Shown here one piece after another: positions 18,936 through 28,336 of a stretch of DNA of 64,000 bases. Within the stretch, counting starts at the first letter, position 1; each line of letters begins with the position of its first letter. The DNA is from Candidatus Eiseniibacteriota bacterium (GTDB taxonomy: Bacteria > Eisenbacteria > RBG-16-71-46 > CAIMUX01), in contig JADJQY010000005.1 in assembly GCA_016712505.1 (NCBI GenBank), positions 249,258-313,257 on the forward strand, written 5' to 3'. Under the pieces are notes generated by a model. The model was not told the DNA's origin, ran no database searches, and saw only the letters and a list, made by a program, of their open reading frames with translations. The position numbers were made by a program, and so were the translations under genes.

Positions 18936-19820
18936 CTAGCGGAAAATCGTGCGCGAGGAGTTGACGTTGAAGGCGTTCCAACCCTCGAGGAAGAGGGTGA
19001 ACGGCGCGATGTTCTGCCGCATCCACTGATCGACGAAGACGTTGAGATTCCCGACGAAGGTCTTCGGTACGAAAATAATGTCGAAGGGGCGGAGCGGCAT
19101 ATCGGTCCGGGCGCCGCCATCGATCAGCGCCTGCTTGAGGTCGAGGGAGAACACCTCCGCGCTCTCCGCGCCGGTCCTGCGGATCACCACCACCTGATTC
19201 TGCTTGCCGCTCGACTTGAACCCACCCGCCTGGGCCAGGGCCTGCAGCGCGGTCATCCCCTTGTGAAACTGATGGTCGCCGGGGATCTCGACCTCCCCCA
19301 TGACGTAGACCCGCTGTTCACCAAAGGTATTGACCATGAGCTGACAATCGGGGAAGCGCAGGATCCGCCCGAGCTTCTGGCGAATCTCCTGCCCCACGTC
19401 GTCCGCAGTCCGGCCGAGCGCGAATATCGTTCCTTCTACTCCCGGATAAGTGAACGACCCGTCGGGGAGGACGCGGACCGCGCGGGAGAGATCGGGCTGC
19501 CCGACGACCAGGACGGAGAGTTCGTCCCCAACGCCGATGAAGTAACGCTGCGTGGTGTCCGCCTCGGCCGGCAGGGCAACCGGGGGCTTGATCTCGGACC
19601 CGGAGGCATCGGGTCCCTCCTCCCCGGGCGACGGCTCCTCGATCCCCGGCTCCCCCGGCGAGGGCGGCGTGGGGTCGCGATACGGAGACCGCGGCGCGTC
19701 GGGAGAGACCAGCGGGGGAAAGTCCCGCTGCGGCTCGGGCTGGTCCTGGGCCGAGCCGAGTGCCGGCGCGAACAGGAGCGGCATGAGGGTGCACAGGATC
19801 AGGAGCACGAGCGTCGACAT
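18936..19820 (-). CDS. polysaccharide export protein (Wza-like, Poly_export + SLBB domains)
   Basis: Signal peptide MSTLVLLILCTLMPLLFAPALGSAQ, then YFIGVGDELSVLV and SFTYPGVEGTIFALG, followed by an SLBB-like region. First gene of the operon. The stop codon is TAG. Confidence 0.7.
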   Translation of the reverse strand: MSTLVLLILCTLMPLLFAPALGSAQDQPEPQRDFPPLVSPDAPRSPYRDPTPPSPGEPGIEEPSPGEEGPDASGSEIKPPVALPAEADTTQRYFIGVGDELSVLVVGQPDLSRAVRVLPDGSFTYPGVEGTIFALGRTADDVGQEIRQKLGRILRFPDCQLMVNTFGEQRVYVMGEVEIPGDHQFHKGMTALQALAQAGGFKSSGKQNQVVVIRRTGAESAEVFSLDLKQALIDGGARTDMPLRPFDIIFVPKTFVGNLNVFVDQWMRQNIAPFTLFLEGWNAFNVNSSRTIFR

Positions 19821-19874
19821 CCCTGTAGGGGTCGCGTCGAAACGTCGAGCGCATGGGGAGACAACGCCCGCGCA

Positions 19875-19886
19875 TTGCGCGCGCAA
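19875..19886. promoter_or_regulatory. perfect 12-bp palindrome TTGCGCGCGCAA in the EPS-operon upstream region
   Basis: Lies about 55 bp upstream of the Wza start codon in a 280-bp non-coding region. Possible regulator operator. Confidence 0.25.
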
Positions 19887-20098
19887 CGCCTTCCCCCGGC
19901 GGCGCCTCCCATCCTTGGAACGGGCCATGCTTCGAGATTCCTGCGGTGATTCTCAACCCTTGCGACGCGCTATCGAACGCCGCAAAGCAATGTCGTCGGC
20001 TCGAACGCGGGGGACCTCACGATCCGGGCACGCTAGCAAAGCGCCCGGCGCGACGTCAACAATCCCCAAGCGGGCCAACCTCTTGATCGGCGCGGCGC

Positions 20099-21076
20099 TC
20101 ATCCACCTTGAGCCTCCACGGCCGAACGGCCGGGGCCGGGGCGACGCAGTATCACGTGACAGAGCAGGGGAAGCAGGATCTCGTGATGACCGATCAAATA
20201 ATAGCCACGCCCCACCCCGCGCGTCGGTCGCTCGACCACGTTCTGCGCAGGGCGGTAATGGCGCTGGAAATCGAACACCGCGGTGGTCAGGTCGGTGAAG
20301 TGCGTGCCGAGGTTGGTGGCCACCGATACGGCCTTGAGGAACACCTCGGGGAGCAGGACCGCCGAGCCGAGGTTGAGGGCGACCCCCCGGGCAAGTTCGA
20401 CCACCTGCCGGGTCAGGATCCGGAAGTCGCGCGCGCTCGCCTCCCCCGCAGCCGCCCCCGAGAAGCTCGGGTGCTGTTGGTTGATGTCGGTCCCGATCGA
20501 GAGATGCACCGTCGCGGGCACCCCCAGCCGGTAGGCCGACGCGAGCAGGCTCAGCTGCACGTTCGGCGGCGCCGCCTCGAGAAACGCCCGGCCGAGCCCT
20601 TCTCCCAGCCCTTCCTCTCTCCGCGCGGCCTCCACCGTCCATTGGTTGAGCCAGAGCGAGGTTTCCCGCGCCATTCCGAAGCGCCCCTCGGGGAGATGCG
20701 CTCCCACGTCCTCCGACGTCTGCCCGAAGAAGGCGATTTCCAGATCGTGGATCGCCCCCGCCCCATTGAGGGCGAGCGCAGTGATCCACCCTTCCTCCAT
20801 CAGCCGGATGAGACCGGGGGCCAGCCCGGTCTTGATGACGTGCGCCCCGGCCATGACCAGAACGCCCGCGCCGGCTGCGCGCGCCGTTGCGATCCGCTCG
20901 ACCAGATCGCGGAGTTCGCGCGCGGCGAGCAGATCGGGGAGGGAGTTCCAGAAGGCCTCGAAGGAGTCGAGATCGGCCGGCGGATGGTACATCTGCTCGG
21001 TCGCGACCTTGCTCGCCCGTTCGGCCACCGGGTAGGTGCGCACCCGCGAGAGATCGACTTCCTCGTAACGTGACAT
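20099..21076 (-). CDS. deoxyhypusine-synthase-like family protein
   Basis: [40 protein letters not shown] aligns with the eukaryotic DHS block [49 protein letters not shown] is similar to IPVFSPALTDGSLG. Confidence 0.45.
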   Translation of the reverse strand: [325 protein letters not shown]

Positions 21077-21925
21077 CTACTTTGCGGCCTCCGGCTCGGG
21101 TCGGATCAGCTCGGTCAGAACCACGGAGATCGAGCCGACCGGGATCTTGCTCTTCATCTGCACCGGGATGCGGCGTTCGTCGTCGGTCAGCCAGATGGTG
21201 AGGCGCCCTTCGTGCTTGAAGAAGGCCCCGCTGCGAAGCGTCGGTTCGACCACAATGCAATCGAAGGTGCCGGCCGGGGTCTCCACCCGTTCCCGCTTCT
21301 CCACACTGACCTTGATCGGATAGTTCTTCCGATCGGCATGGCTGTCGAGCAGAAACTCGGCCCCGTCCTCCAGGGACATGGTACGGACGATGTAGAACGC
21401 GGAGAGCACGTCGTAGGTCCCGCGCGGGATCGGGAACTCCCGGCCGTCGTGGTAGCGGGCGATCCCCGCCTCCTGGTCGAGCCGGACGACCTGATCGGCC
21501 TTGTAGCGCCCTTCGCGCAAGTGCTTCTCGAAGTGCCGGCTCCAGAGCGAATCAACATCCATGTAGCTCTCGTAGCGGTCGCGCACCGGATAGACCTTGT
21601 CGAAGACCGCACTCGAGCTGGCGGTCGAGACGACATGGAAGCAGTCGTGGCCGTCGACCGTGGTGCGATCCACGATCGAGAGCGTCGCCTCCCCCGCCGG
21701 GATCTTGCCGTAGCGCACCGAGAAGACCAGTCGTTCCCCGACCACGATCGCCGGGTTTCGCCCCGGCCGATCCGCCGCGGCGGTGTCCGGAATCGCCGCC
21801 GCACCGGCGGTCGAGTCGGCCGAACCTGCGATCGCCCGGTCGTTCGACTGCGCCCGCGCCAATCCGGCCGAGATCAGGAGGAGCCACAGCGCGAACAGGG
21901 ATCGCGCCGGCCCGGAGGGACTCAT
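21077..21925 (-). CDS. DUF3108 domain protein (secreted)
   Basis: Signal peptide MSPSGPARSLFALWLLLISAGLARAQ followed by a DUF3108-like body (LVFSVRYGKIPAGEATL...). The start overlaps the dut stop. Confidence 0.5.
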   Translation of the reverse strand: MSPSGPARSLFALWLLLISAGLARAQSNDRAIAGSADSTAGAAAIPDTAAADRPGRNPAIVVGERLVFSVRYGKIPAGEATLSIVDRTTVDGHDCFHVVSTASSSAVFDKVYPVRDRYESYMDVDSLWSRHFEKHLREGRYKADQVVRLDQEAGIARYHDGREFPIPRGTYDVLSAFYIVRTMSLEDGAEFLLDSHADRKNYPIKVSVEKRERVETPAGTFDCIVVEPTLRSGAFFKHEGRLTIWLTDDERRIPVQMKSKIPVGSISVVLTELIRPEPEAAK

Positions 21926-22404
21926 GCCGGCTCCGGCCGCGGGGTAGACGCGACCCCGGTATGTCCGAATCCGCCGTCGCCCCGCGCGGTATCGTCGAGC
22001 GTGGCGACCCAGCGAAAGCCGACCGGCGGCACCTGCTGAATGATCAGCTGGGCGATGCGGTCGCCGTGCTGGAGCACCAGGTCCTCGGTTCCGAGATTGA
22101 CCAGGAGGACCAGCACCTCCCCACGATAGTCGGAGTCGATCGTGCCTGGTGCGTTCAGCACGGTCACGCCGCGCTTCAGAGCCAGCCCGCTGCGAGGGCG
22201 CACCACCCCTTCGAACCCGGAGGGGATGGCCATCATCAGGCCGGTGGGCACCGCGCATCGTTCCCCCGCGCGGAGGGTCAGCGGCTGCTCCAAGCACGCC
22301 GCGAGATCGAAGCCACTGGCCGCCTCGGTCATGCGCGACGGGAGCTGAGCGCCCTCACGGCAGGGAAGGCAGAGCACTTCGGCCCGAGGCTGATTCGATT
22401 CCAT
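21922..22404 (-). CDS. dut: dUTP diphosphatase
   Basis: GFDLAA, RSGLALKRGVTVLNAPGTIDSDYRGEV, GDRIAQL and GFGHTG motifs. Confidence 0.9.
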   Translation of the reverse strand: MESNQPRAEVLCLPCREGAQLPSRMTEAASGFDLAACLEQPLTLRAGERCAVPTGLMMAIPSGFEGVVRPRSGLALKRGVTVLNAPGTIDSDYRGEVLVLLVNLGTEDLVLQHGDRIAQLIIQQVPPVGFRWVATLDDTARGDGGFGHTGVASTPRPEPA

Positions 22405-22437
22405 GTCAGGCACCCTCCGCCACCGCACGCCCGGCAA

Positions 22438-23739
22438 TCAAAAGTCGAGATCGCCGAGGCGCGGGCGTTCCTTGGTCGCCGGACCCAGGGTCACGAGCGA
22501 GAAGGCTTCCGGTCGCAGCAGCTCCTCGGCCGCGAGCCGCACCTCTTCGGCCCCCACCGAGGCGATTCCGGCCACCGTCTCGGCGATCGGGATCTGTCGA
22601 TCGAAGTAGAGCTCATCGTGTGCGAGGCGGCTGATTCTCTCGTACATGCTCTCGTAGGACAAGAACAGTCCGGAGAGAAGCTGCGCGCGCGCGCTCTCCA
22701 GTTCCCAGCGCTTGATTCCACCCCGCTTGATCTTCTGCAGTTCCTTCCCCACGAGGCGAAATGCCCGGCTGAGCTTGGCCGGCTGGCAGCCGAGCAACAC
22801 CCCGAACATGCCGGTATCGCGATACGATTCGCCGAAGGAGTAGACGGAGTAGGCCAGCCCCTCGTCCTCGCGGATCTTCTGGAAGAGGCGCGAACTCATC
22901 CCTGCACCGAGGATGGTGTTGAGTACGGCGTGCGCATGGCGATTCGGTTCGCGCGCGGAGGGACCGGTCCGTACCAGACAGAGGGTCGATTGCTGCAGGT
23001 CGCGCTCCTCATGTCGCTCCGAGGGGCGAGGGAGGCGCATCCGCGTCCGCTGGATCGAGGGTGCGGTGCGCGGAAGTCGGATTCGGCTGGCCAGATCCTC
23101 GCGCAAGCGGGGCAGATCGAAACGGCCGGCGACGGTGACGATCAGGTTTGGTTGGCTGTAGTGGGCGCGGTGGAAGCTTCGCAGCGTGCGGGAGGAGACC
23201 GCGGCGAGACTCTCCTCGGTACCGAGGATCGGGCGGCCCAGGGGATGCCGGGATCCGTAGAGCAATTCCGCCGCGAGATCCTGAACCTTCTCCTCCGGAT
23301 TGTCCTCGTAGCTCTGGATCTCTTCCTCGATCACCTGCCGTTCACGATCGACCATTTCGGGATCGAAACGCGGTTCTCCCACCAGTTCCGCCAGAACATC
23401 GAGCGCCTGGCGCTGATGCCCCTCGAAGACCCGCGCGTAGTAGCAGGTGGTTTCCTTGGTGGTGAAGGCGTCGATCTGGCCGCCGAGCGCCTCCATTCGT
23501 TGCGCGAGCTGATACGCGCTGTGACGTCGGGACCCCTTGAACACCATGTGCTCGATGAAGTGGGCCAGGCCCGCCTCGGGCGCCGACTCGTGCCGGGAGC
23601 CGCTGCGGAACCACAGTCCGAGGGCCAGCGAGGGAATGGTCTCGACCGGCTCGGCCAGCAGGAGCGCGCCGCCCGGGAGGATCTCCCGGTGGAGCTTGCT
23701 CTCGATCGTGGCGTGCCGGATCTCGCGCAGGAACTTCAA
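22438..23739 (-). CDS. M16 family (pitrilysin/insulinase-like) zinc peptidase
   Basis: HFIEHMVFKGS (HxxEH zinc motif) with a second, inactive M16 C-terminal domain. Confidence 0.8.
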   Translation of the reverse strand: MKFLREIRHATIESKLHREILPGGALLLAEPVETIPSLALGLWFRSGSRHESAPEAGLAHFIEHMVFKGSRRHSAYQLAQRMEALGGQIDAFTTKETTCYYARVFEGHQRQALDVLAELVGEPRFDPEMVDRERQVIEEEIQSYEDNPEEKVQDLAAELLYGSRHPLGRPILGTEESLAAVSSRTLRSFHRAHYSQPNLIVTVAGRFDLPRLREDLASRIRLPRTAPSIQRTRMRLPRPSERHEERDLQQSTLCLVRTGPSAREPNRHAHAVLNTILGAGMSSRLFQKIREDEGLAYSVYSFGESYRDTGMFGVLLGCQPAKLSRAFRLVGKELQKIKRGGIKRWELESARAQLLSGLFLSYESMYERISRLAHDELYFDRQIPIAETVAGIASVGAEEVRLAAEELLRPEAFSLVTLGPATKERPRLGDLDF

Positions 23740-23915
23740 CCGCGTCCGCCCCTGGAGGGTACCGAGTTCGAGACAAACGATCGGACCGGAGGATTCCCCC
23801 GGTCCGATTCGCCGTTCGGCCTGTTGACCGCCCGGCAGGATGTGCCCCTGCCCGTCAGGCCCTATGAACCTGCCCGTCAGGCCGGATGAACCTGCCGCCC
23901 CCGGAGGGGCCGAGT

Positions 23916-26012
23916 CTACTCCGCCGCTTCCTGCAGCACGGCCCGGCGCGAGAGGCGGATCTTCCCTTCCTCGTCGACGCCGATCACCTTGACCAGGACC
24001 ACGTCTCCCTCGGCAAGCACGTCCTCCACCCGGGCGACGCGGTGGTTTTCCAGCTCGGAGATGTGAACCAGTCCGTCACGTCCGGGCAGGATCTCGACGA
24101 AGGCGCCGAAATTCACGATCCGCTTCACCTTCCCGCGGTAGGTGCGACCGATCTCCGGGTCCTCGGTCAGGGCACGGATGATGTCGACCGCGCGATTGGC
24201 CATCTCGGAGTCGACGCAAGCCACCTTCACGGTACCGTCGTCCTCGACGTCGATCTGAGCCCCGGTCTCCTCGCAGATCTTCTTGATCATCTTGCCGCCC
24301 GGCCCGATCACGTCGCGGATCTTGTCCGGGTTGATCTTGATCACGATGATGCGCGGCGCGTAGACCGAGATCTCCTTGCGGGAGTCGGCCAGCGTCTGGT
24401 TCATGATCCCGAGGATGTGGATCCGTCCCTGGCGCGCCTGCTCCAGGGCCTTGGTCAGGATGCCGAAGTCGAGCCCCTTGATCTTGATGTCCATCTGGAT
24501 GGCTGTGATGCCAGCTTCCGTTCCCGCGATCTTGAAGTCCATGTCGCCGATGTGATCTTCGATCCCCATGATGTCGGAGAGGATCGCCACCTGATCCCCG
24601 TCCTTGACCAGGCCCATGGCAATGCCCGCGACCGGCGACTTGATCGGGACGCCGGCATCCATCAGCGAGAGGCTGCCGCCGCAGACCGAGGCCATCGACG
24701 AGCTGCCGTTCGACTCCAGGATGTCCGAGACGATCCGGATGGTGTAAGGGAACCGCTCATTGGCCGGGACGACCGCAGACAATGCCCGCTCGGCCAGCGC
24801 GCCGTGACCGATCTCGCGCCGCCCTGGTCCGCGGTTCGGCCGGGTCTCACCGACCGAGAAGGGCGGGAAGTTGTAGTGGAGCATGAAGGTCTTCCACGAC
24901 TGCCCGGTCAGTTCCTCGATTCGCTGCTCGTCGACCGAAGTGCCGAGGGTCGCGACGACCAGGGCCTGGGTCTGTCCCCGGGTGAAGAGCGCGCTGCCGT
25001 GCGTGCGGGGTAGCACTCCGACCTCACAGGTGATCGGGCGGATCTGATCGGTCTTCCGGCCGTCAGCGCGAACCCCCTCGTCAAGCACCATCTTGCGCAG
25101 GACTTCGCTCTCCAGCTTGTCCACGATCTTGGCCACCGCCTTGGTGCGGTCCGGGGTGGTGTCGGCCGCCCCGACCGGAGCAAACTGGGCCAGTGCCTCC
25201 GTTCGCACGCCGTCCATCGCCCGCTCGCGTTCCATCTTCTCGGCGATGCGGACCACCTGCTCCACCTTCGGGCGGTAGGTCGCGGCGACCGTCTCCTTCA
25301 ACCCGGGGTCGATTTCCCGTACCGGCAGGGTGCGCTTCGGCTTTCCCGCCGCGGCGACCAGTCGGCTCTGCAGCCGACAGAGTTCGGCGATGTGGCGATG
25401 GGCGAAGTTGAAGATCTCGACGAGTTGCGCTTCGCTGATCTCGCGTGACTCTCCCTCGACCATGACGATCGAGTCCTCGGTCCCCGCCACCACGATGTTG
25501 ACCCGGCTCTCCTCCAGCTCGCTCGTGGTCGGATTGACCACCAGCTCTCCCCCGACGAGTCCAACCCGGACTGCGGCGAGCGGAACCGGGAACGGCATGT
25601 CCGAGAGGCAGACCGCGGCGGAAGCGCCGAGCATGCCGATCACGTCGGAGTCGTTTTCCTGATCGCTGGAGAGGACGTCCACCTGGATCTGGATCTCATA
25701 GCGGTTGCTCTTCTCGAAGAAGGGGCGCAGCGAGCGATCGATGAGGCGCGAGGAGAGGATCTCCTTCTCCGTCGGGCGACCTTCGCGCTTGAAGAACCCG
25801 CCCGGAATGCGACCCGCGGCGTACGTGCGCTCGCGATAGTCGACCGTCAACGGGAGAAAGTCGCGGTCGATCTCGGTCCGGCCGATGACCACCGTGGCCA
25901 GCAGCACGGTGTCCGCGTAGGTGACCAGGACCGCGCCCGAGGCCTGCTTCGCGAGGCGTCCCGTCTCCACCGTGAGGGGACGGCCGCCGAGTTCCAGTTC
26001 TAGTTTGTGCAT
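23916..26012 (-). CDS. pnp: polyribonucleotide nucleotidyltransferase (PNPase)
   Basis: Two RNase PH domains, a KH domain (ITAIQMDIKIKG) and an S1 domain (GRTYRGKVKRIVNFGAFVEI). GGAG Shine-Dalgarno sequence before the ATG at 26012. Confidence 0.95.
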   Translation of the reverse strand: MHKLELELGGRPLTVETGRLAKQASGAVLVTYADTVLLATVVIGRTEIDRDFLPLTVDYRERTYAAGRIPGGFFKREGRPTEKEILSSRLIDRSLRPFFEKSNRYEIQIQVDVLSSDQENDSDVIGMLGASAAVCLSDMPFPVPLAAVRVGLVGGELVVNPTTSELEESRVNIVVAGTEDSIVMVEGESREISEAQLVEIFNFAHRHIAELCRLQSRLVAAAGKPKRTLPVREIDPGLKETVAATYRPKVEQVVRIAEKMERERAMDGVRTEALAQFAPVGAADTTPDRTKAVAKIVDKLESEVLRKMVLDEGVRADGRKTDQIRPITCEVGVLPRTHGSALFTRGQTQALVVATLGTSVDEQRIEELTGQSWKTFMLHYNFPPFSVGETRPNRGPGRREIGHGALAERALSAVVPANERFPYTIRIVSDILESNGSSSMASVCGGSLSLMDAGVPIKSPVAGIAMGLVKDGDQVAILSDIMGIEDHIGDMDFKIAGTEAGITAIQMDIKIKGLDFGILTKALEQARQGRIHILGIMNQTLADSRKEISVYAPRIIVIKINPDKIRDVIGPGGKMIKKICEETGAQIDVEDDGTVKVACVDSEMANRAVDIIRALTEDPEIGRTYRGKVKRIVNFGAFVEILPGRDGLVHISELENHRVARVEDVLAEGDVVLVKVIGVDEEGKIRLSRRAVLQEAAE

Positions 26013-26222
26013 CGTTTCTTCTCCTGTTCTCGCCACCCACCGGCCACGATCGAGATGAAGCGCCGGTTGTGTAGATGGCTTCTCGGCGCACCTGCGCCGC
26101 CTACTTGTGGACCTCTACAAACGGATGAGGATCGAGGCGCGGCCGGACTCCGGGCCGCGCTCGTTCGGGGGAGAGATGCCGGGCTGGGAGCGAATGCCGA
26201 TCCGCGGCATCCCGAAGACGTG

Positions 26223-26320
26223 TCCCAACGGACGTATCCCTACGGACGTGTCCCTACGGACGTGTCCCAACCGACGTGTGCCAGCAGACGCGTTACAGCA
26301 GACACGTTCCAGCCGGGTGT
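26223..26320. repeat. tandem array A: about 7 x 14 bp (TCCCTACGGACGTG consensus), decaying at the 3' end, in the pnp leader
   Basis: Direct reading: tcccaacggacgta / tccctacggacgtg / tccctacggacgtg / tcccaaccgacgtg / tgccagcagacgcg / ttacagcagacacg / ttccagccgggtgt. Confidence 0.85.
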
Positions 26321-26385
26321 TATCGAGCGGGCTGGTGCGTAGGCGTTCCGGCCTCTTCCTCAAGCGCCCACCCGCCGTCTGGTGC

Positions 26386-26491
26386 CCTGCCGACTGGCAG
26401 CCCTGCCGTCCGGTAACCTGCCGTCCGGTAACCTGCCGTCTGGTAACCTGGCGTCCGGTAACCTAGCGTCCGGCAGCCTGCCAGGTTCCAG
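26386..26491. repeat. tandem array B: about 7 x 15 bp (CCTGCCGTCCGGTAA), inverted relative to array A
   Basis: cctgccgactggcag / cctgccgtccggtaa x2 / cctgccgtctggtaa / cctggcgtccggtaa / cctagcgtccggcag / cctgccaggttccag. The reverse complement TTACCGGACGGCAGG resembles the array A/G core TACCGACGG. Confidence 0.85.
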
Positions 26492-26556
26492 CGGGCGTCC
26501 CTTCACCGCACCATGGCGGCAACCTCCTGCGCCCCTCAAGGAACCTGCGCTTCCGA

Positions 26557-26590
26557 CTGAAAAGCCCCCGATTCGATCGAATTGGGAATC
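26557..26590 (-). terminator. candidate rho-independent terminator downstream of rpsO
   Basis: On the minus strand: CCCAATTCG-AT-CGAATCGGG hairpin (one mismatch), then GG and CTTTTC. A second GC hairpin (CCCCC-gctgt-GGGGG) lies just upstream. Confidence 0.35.
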
Positions 26591-26673
26591 TCAAGCCCCC
26601 ACAGCGGGGGTTGTTGCGGGCCGCCAATCCCAGAAGACTCGGCGGCCGCCGCACCACCCCAAGGGGGCGTCGA

Positions 26674-26943
26674 CTATCGACGCAACCCGAGTTCCTTCAC
26701 CAGACTGCGATAGCTCTCCAGCTTGGTGTTCTTCAGGTACTCGAGCAACTTGCGCCGCCGACCGACCATGCGGAGAAGCCCGCGGCGGGAATGATGATCC
26801 GTCGCGTGCTTTCTAAAGTGTTCGGTGAGGTGCCGGATCTTTTCGGTCAAGAGCGCAATCTGCACTTCCGGCGAGCCGGAATCCAGGTCATGCAGCTTGT
26901 ACTTGCCGATGATCTCCTGTTTCTCTTCCTTGGACAGTGGCAT
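26674..26943 (-). CDS. rpsO: 30S ribosomal protein S15
   Basis: [15 protein letters not shown]...[16 protein letters not shown]. Confidence 0.95.
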   Translation of the reverse strand: MPLSKEEKQEIIGKYKLHDLDSGSPEVQIALLTEKIRHLTEHFRKHATDHHSRRGLLRMVGRRRKLLEYLKNTKLESYRSLVKELGLRR

Positions 26944-27228
26944 CAAACTCCTCCAGACATCCCCGGCCGGACTCTCCGACCGCTCGGATACGGCGCTTCG
27001 CGCATACCGCGAGCCGCTCCCCCGACCTTGAACTTCAGGGACCGCCTCACCGCGTCCCGCACTCCGAACCCGCGGTTGAGCGGGTTCGCAGCCACCGGAA
27101 AACCTGTAGCCACAGGAACACGTTGAGCGATCGTGGACGGGTTCTAAGGACGCGCTCTGCCGAGGCCGATCCCCGACTGATCATCCCTACCAGAATCGGG
27201 CCATACTACTGTTTCATTCGCTTCGATT

Positions 27229-28200
27229 TCAACGGATTCCTTCGATCGGCGGCAGGACGGGATCTCCGATTTTCGGCACCTTGCCCTGGAGTCGGAGGCG
27301 AGCCTCCTCGATGTCCCGGGCCACCGCCTCCTTCAGTGCCGGAAGCCCGTCGAATCGAATTTCCGCTCGAATTCGCGCTTCGAAATAGACCGGCAGAACT
27401 TTCCCCCTCAGATCGCCGCTCCAGTCGATCAAGTGGACTTCCACGGTATCGGCAGCATCATCTGTCAACGTTGGGCGACGTCCGACATTGATCGCCGACG
27501 GCACCACACCCCCCGCGATCTCGGACCAACCGGCCTAGACACCGCGGGCGGGCAGGCAGGTTCCCTCCGGAAAAACGAGATTGGCTGTCGGGACGAGCAG
27601 CTTGCCTCCCTCCCCCCGACCGAACCCCACCCGCCCCTCGAGCAGATAGGTCCGCCCCAGGACGCGGCTCGCCTCCTCCACCGCGCCACGGCGCAGCGCC
27701 TCCCGAACACGGGAGGAAGACCACGCGCACCCCGCATCGAGAACGGGCGGGAAAACCTCCGCCGTGAAATCCCGCTCGCGCCCGAGTTCACGCAGCAGAT
27801 CGATCGTTCCTTCGCGACGGTTCCCGAAGCGAAAATCCGCTCCCACCCAGAGCTCGCGCAGGTCGAGACGCGCCAGGAGCACGTCAAGGAAGGCGCGCGG
27901 CGAGAGTGCGGCCATGGCGGGGGAGAACGGGAGCAGCCAGGCGTGCGTGAAGCCGAGTTCGGCCAGGGCCCGCAGCTTTTGCTCCCGGCTGGCCAATCGG
28001 TGGACCGGAACACCGCGGGCCAGGATCTCGATCGGGTGGGGATGAAAGCTGATCGCCACTGGAGTGGCCTCGAGGGCGGCAGCGCGCATCAACACGGACT
28101 CGAGCAAGGCGCGGTGGCCGCGATGAACGCCGTCGAACACCCCGATGGTGGCAATCGCCGGGCCGGAGATGAACGGTTCGGAGGAACGAGGATCGAGCAC
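27229..28200 (-). pseudogene. ribF: bifunctional riboflavin kinase / FAD synthetase interrupted by an in-frame TAG (27535-27537)
   Basis: Two same-frame ORFs (27535..28200 and 27229..27507). Read through, the sequence is ...PARGV*AGWSEIAGGVVPSAINVGRRPTL..., where * aligns with the conserved Tyr of the riboflavin-kinase PxxGVY motif. Confidence 0.6.
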
Positions 28201-28336
28201 GGGCCGGTACCGCTCTGGATCGCCGACTAGATGACGCGTTCGAGTTCGAGGCAGAGAGACGCGTCGATCGGCCGATCAGCCGGACCCGGCAGGAGGTCCC
28301 ATCGCGCGATCGCCAACAGATCACCCGCCGGACCGA

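Noticed and set aside
26107-26466. 119-aa ORF in the rpsO-pnp spacer translating to a PVTCRPVTCR repeat peptide
   Set aside because: It is a by-product of translating the tandem DNA repeats, on the wrong strand relative to the operon, with no ribosome-binding site.
26203-26491. Possible CRISPR array in the pnp leader
   Set aside because: Units are directly abutting with no spacers, the arrays decay at their edges, and there are no cas genes. These are tandem minisatellite-like arrays, not CRISPR.
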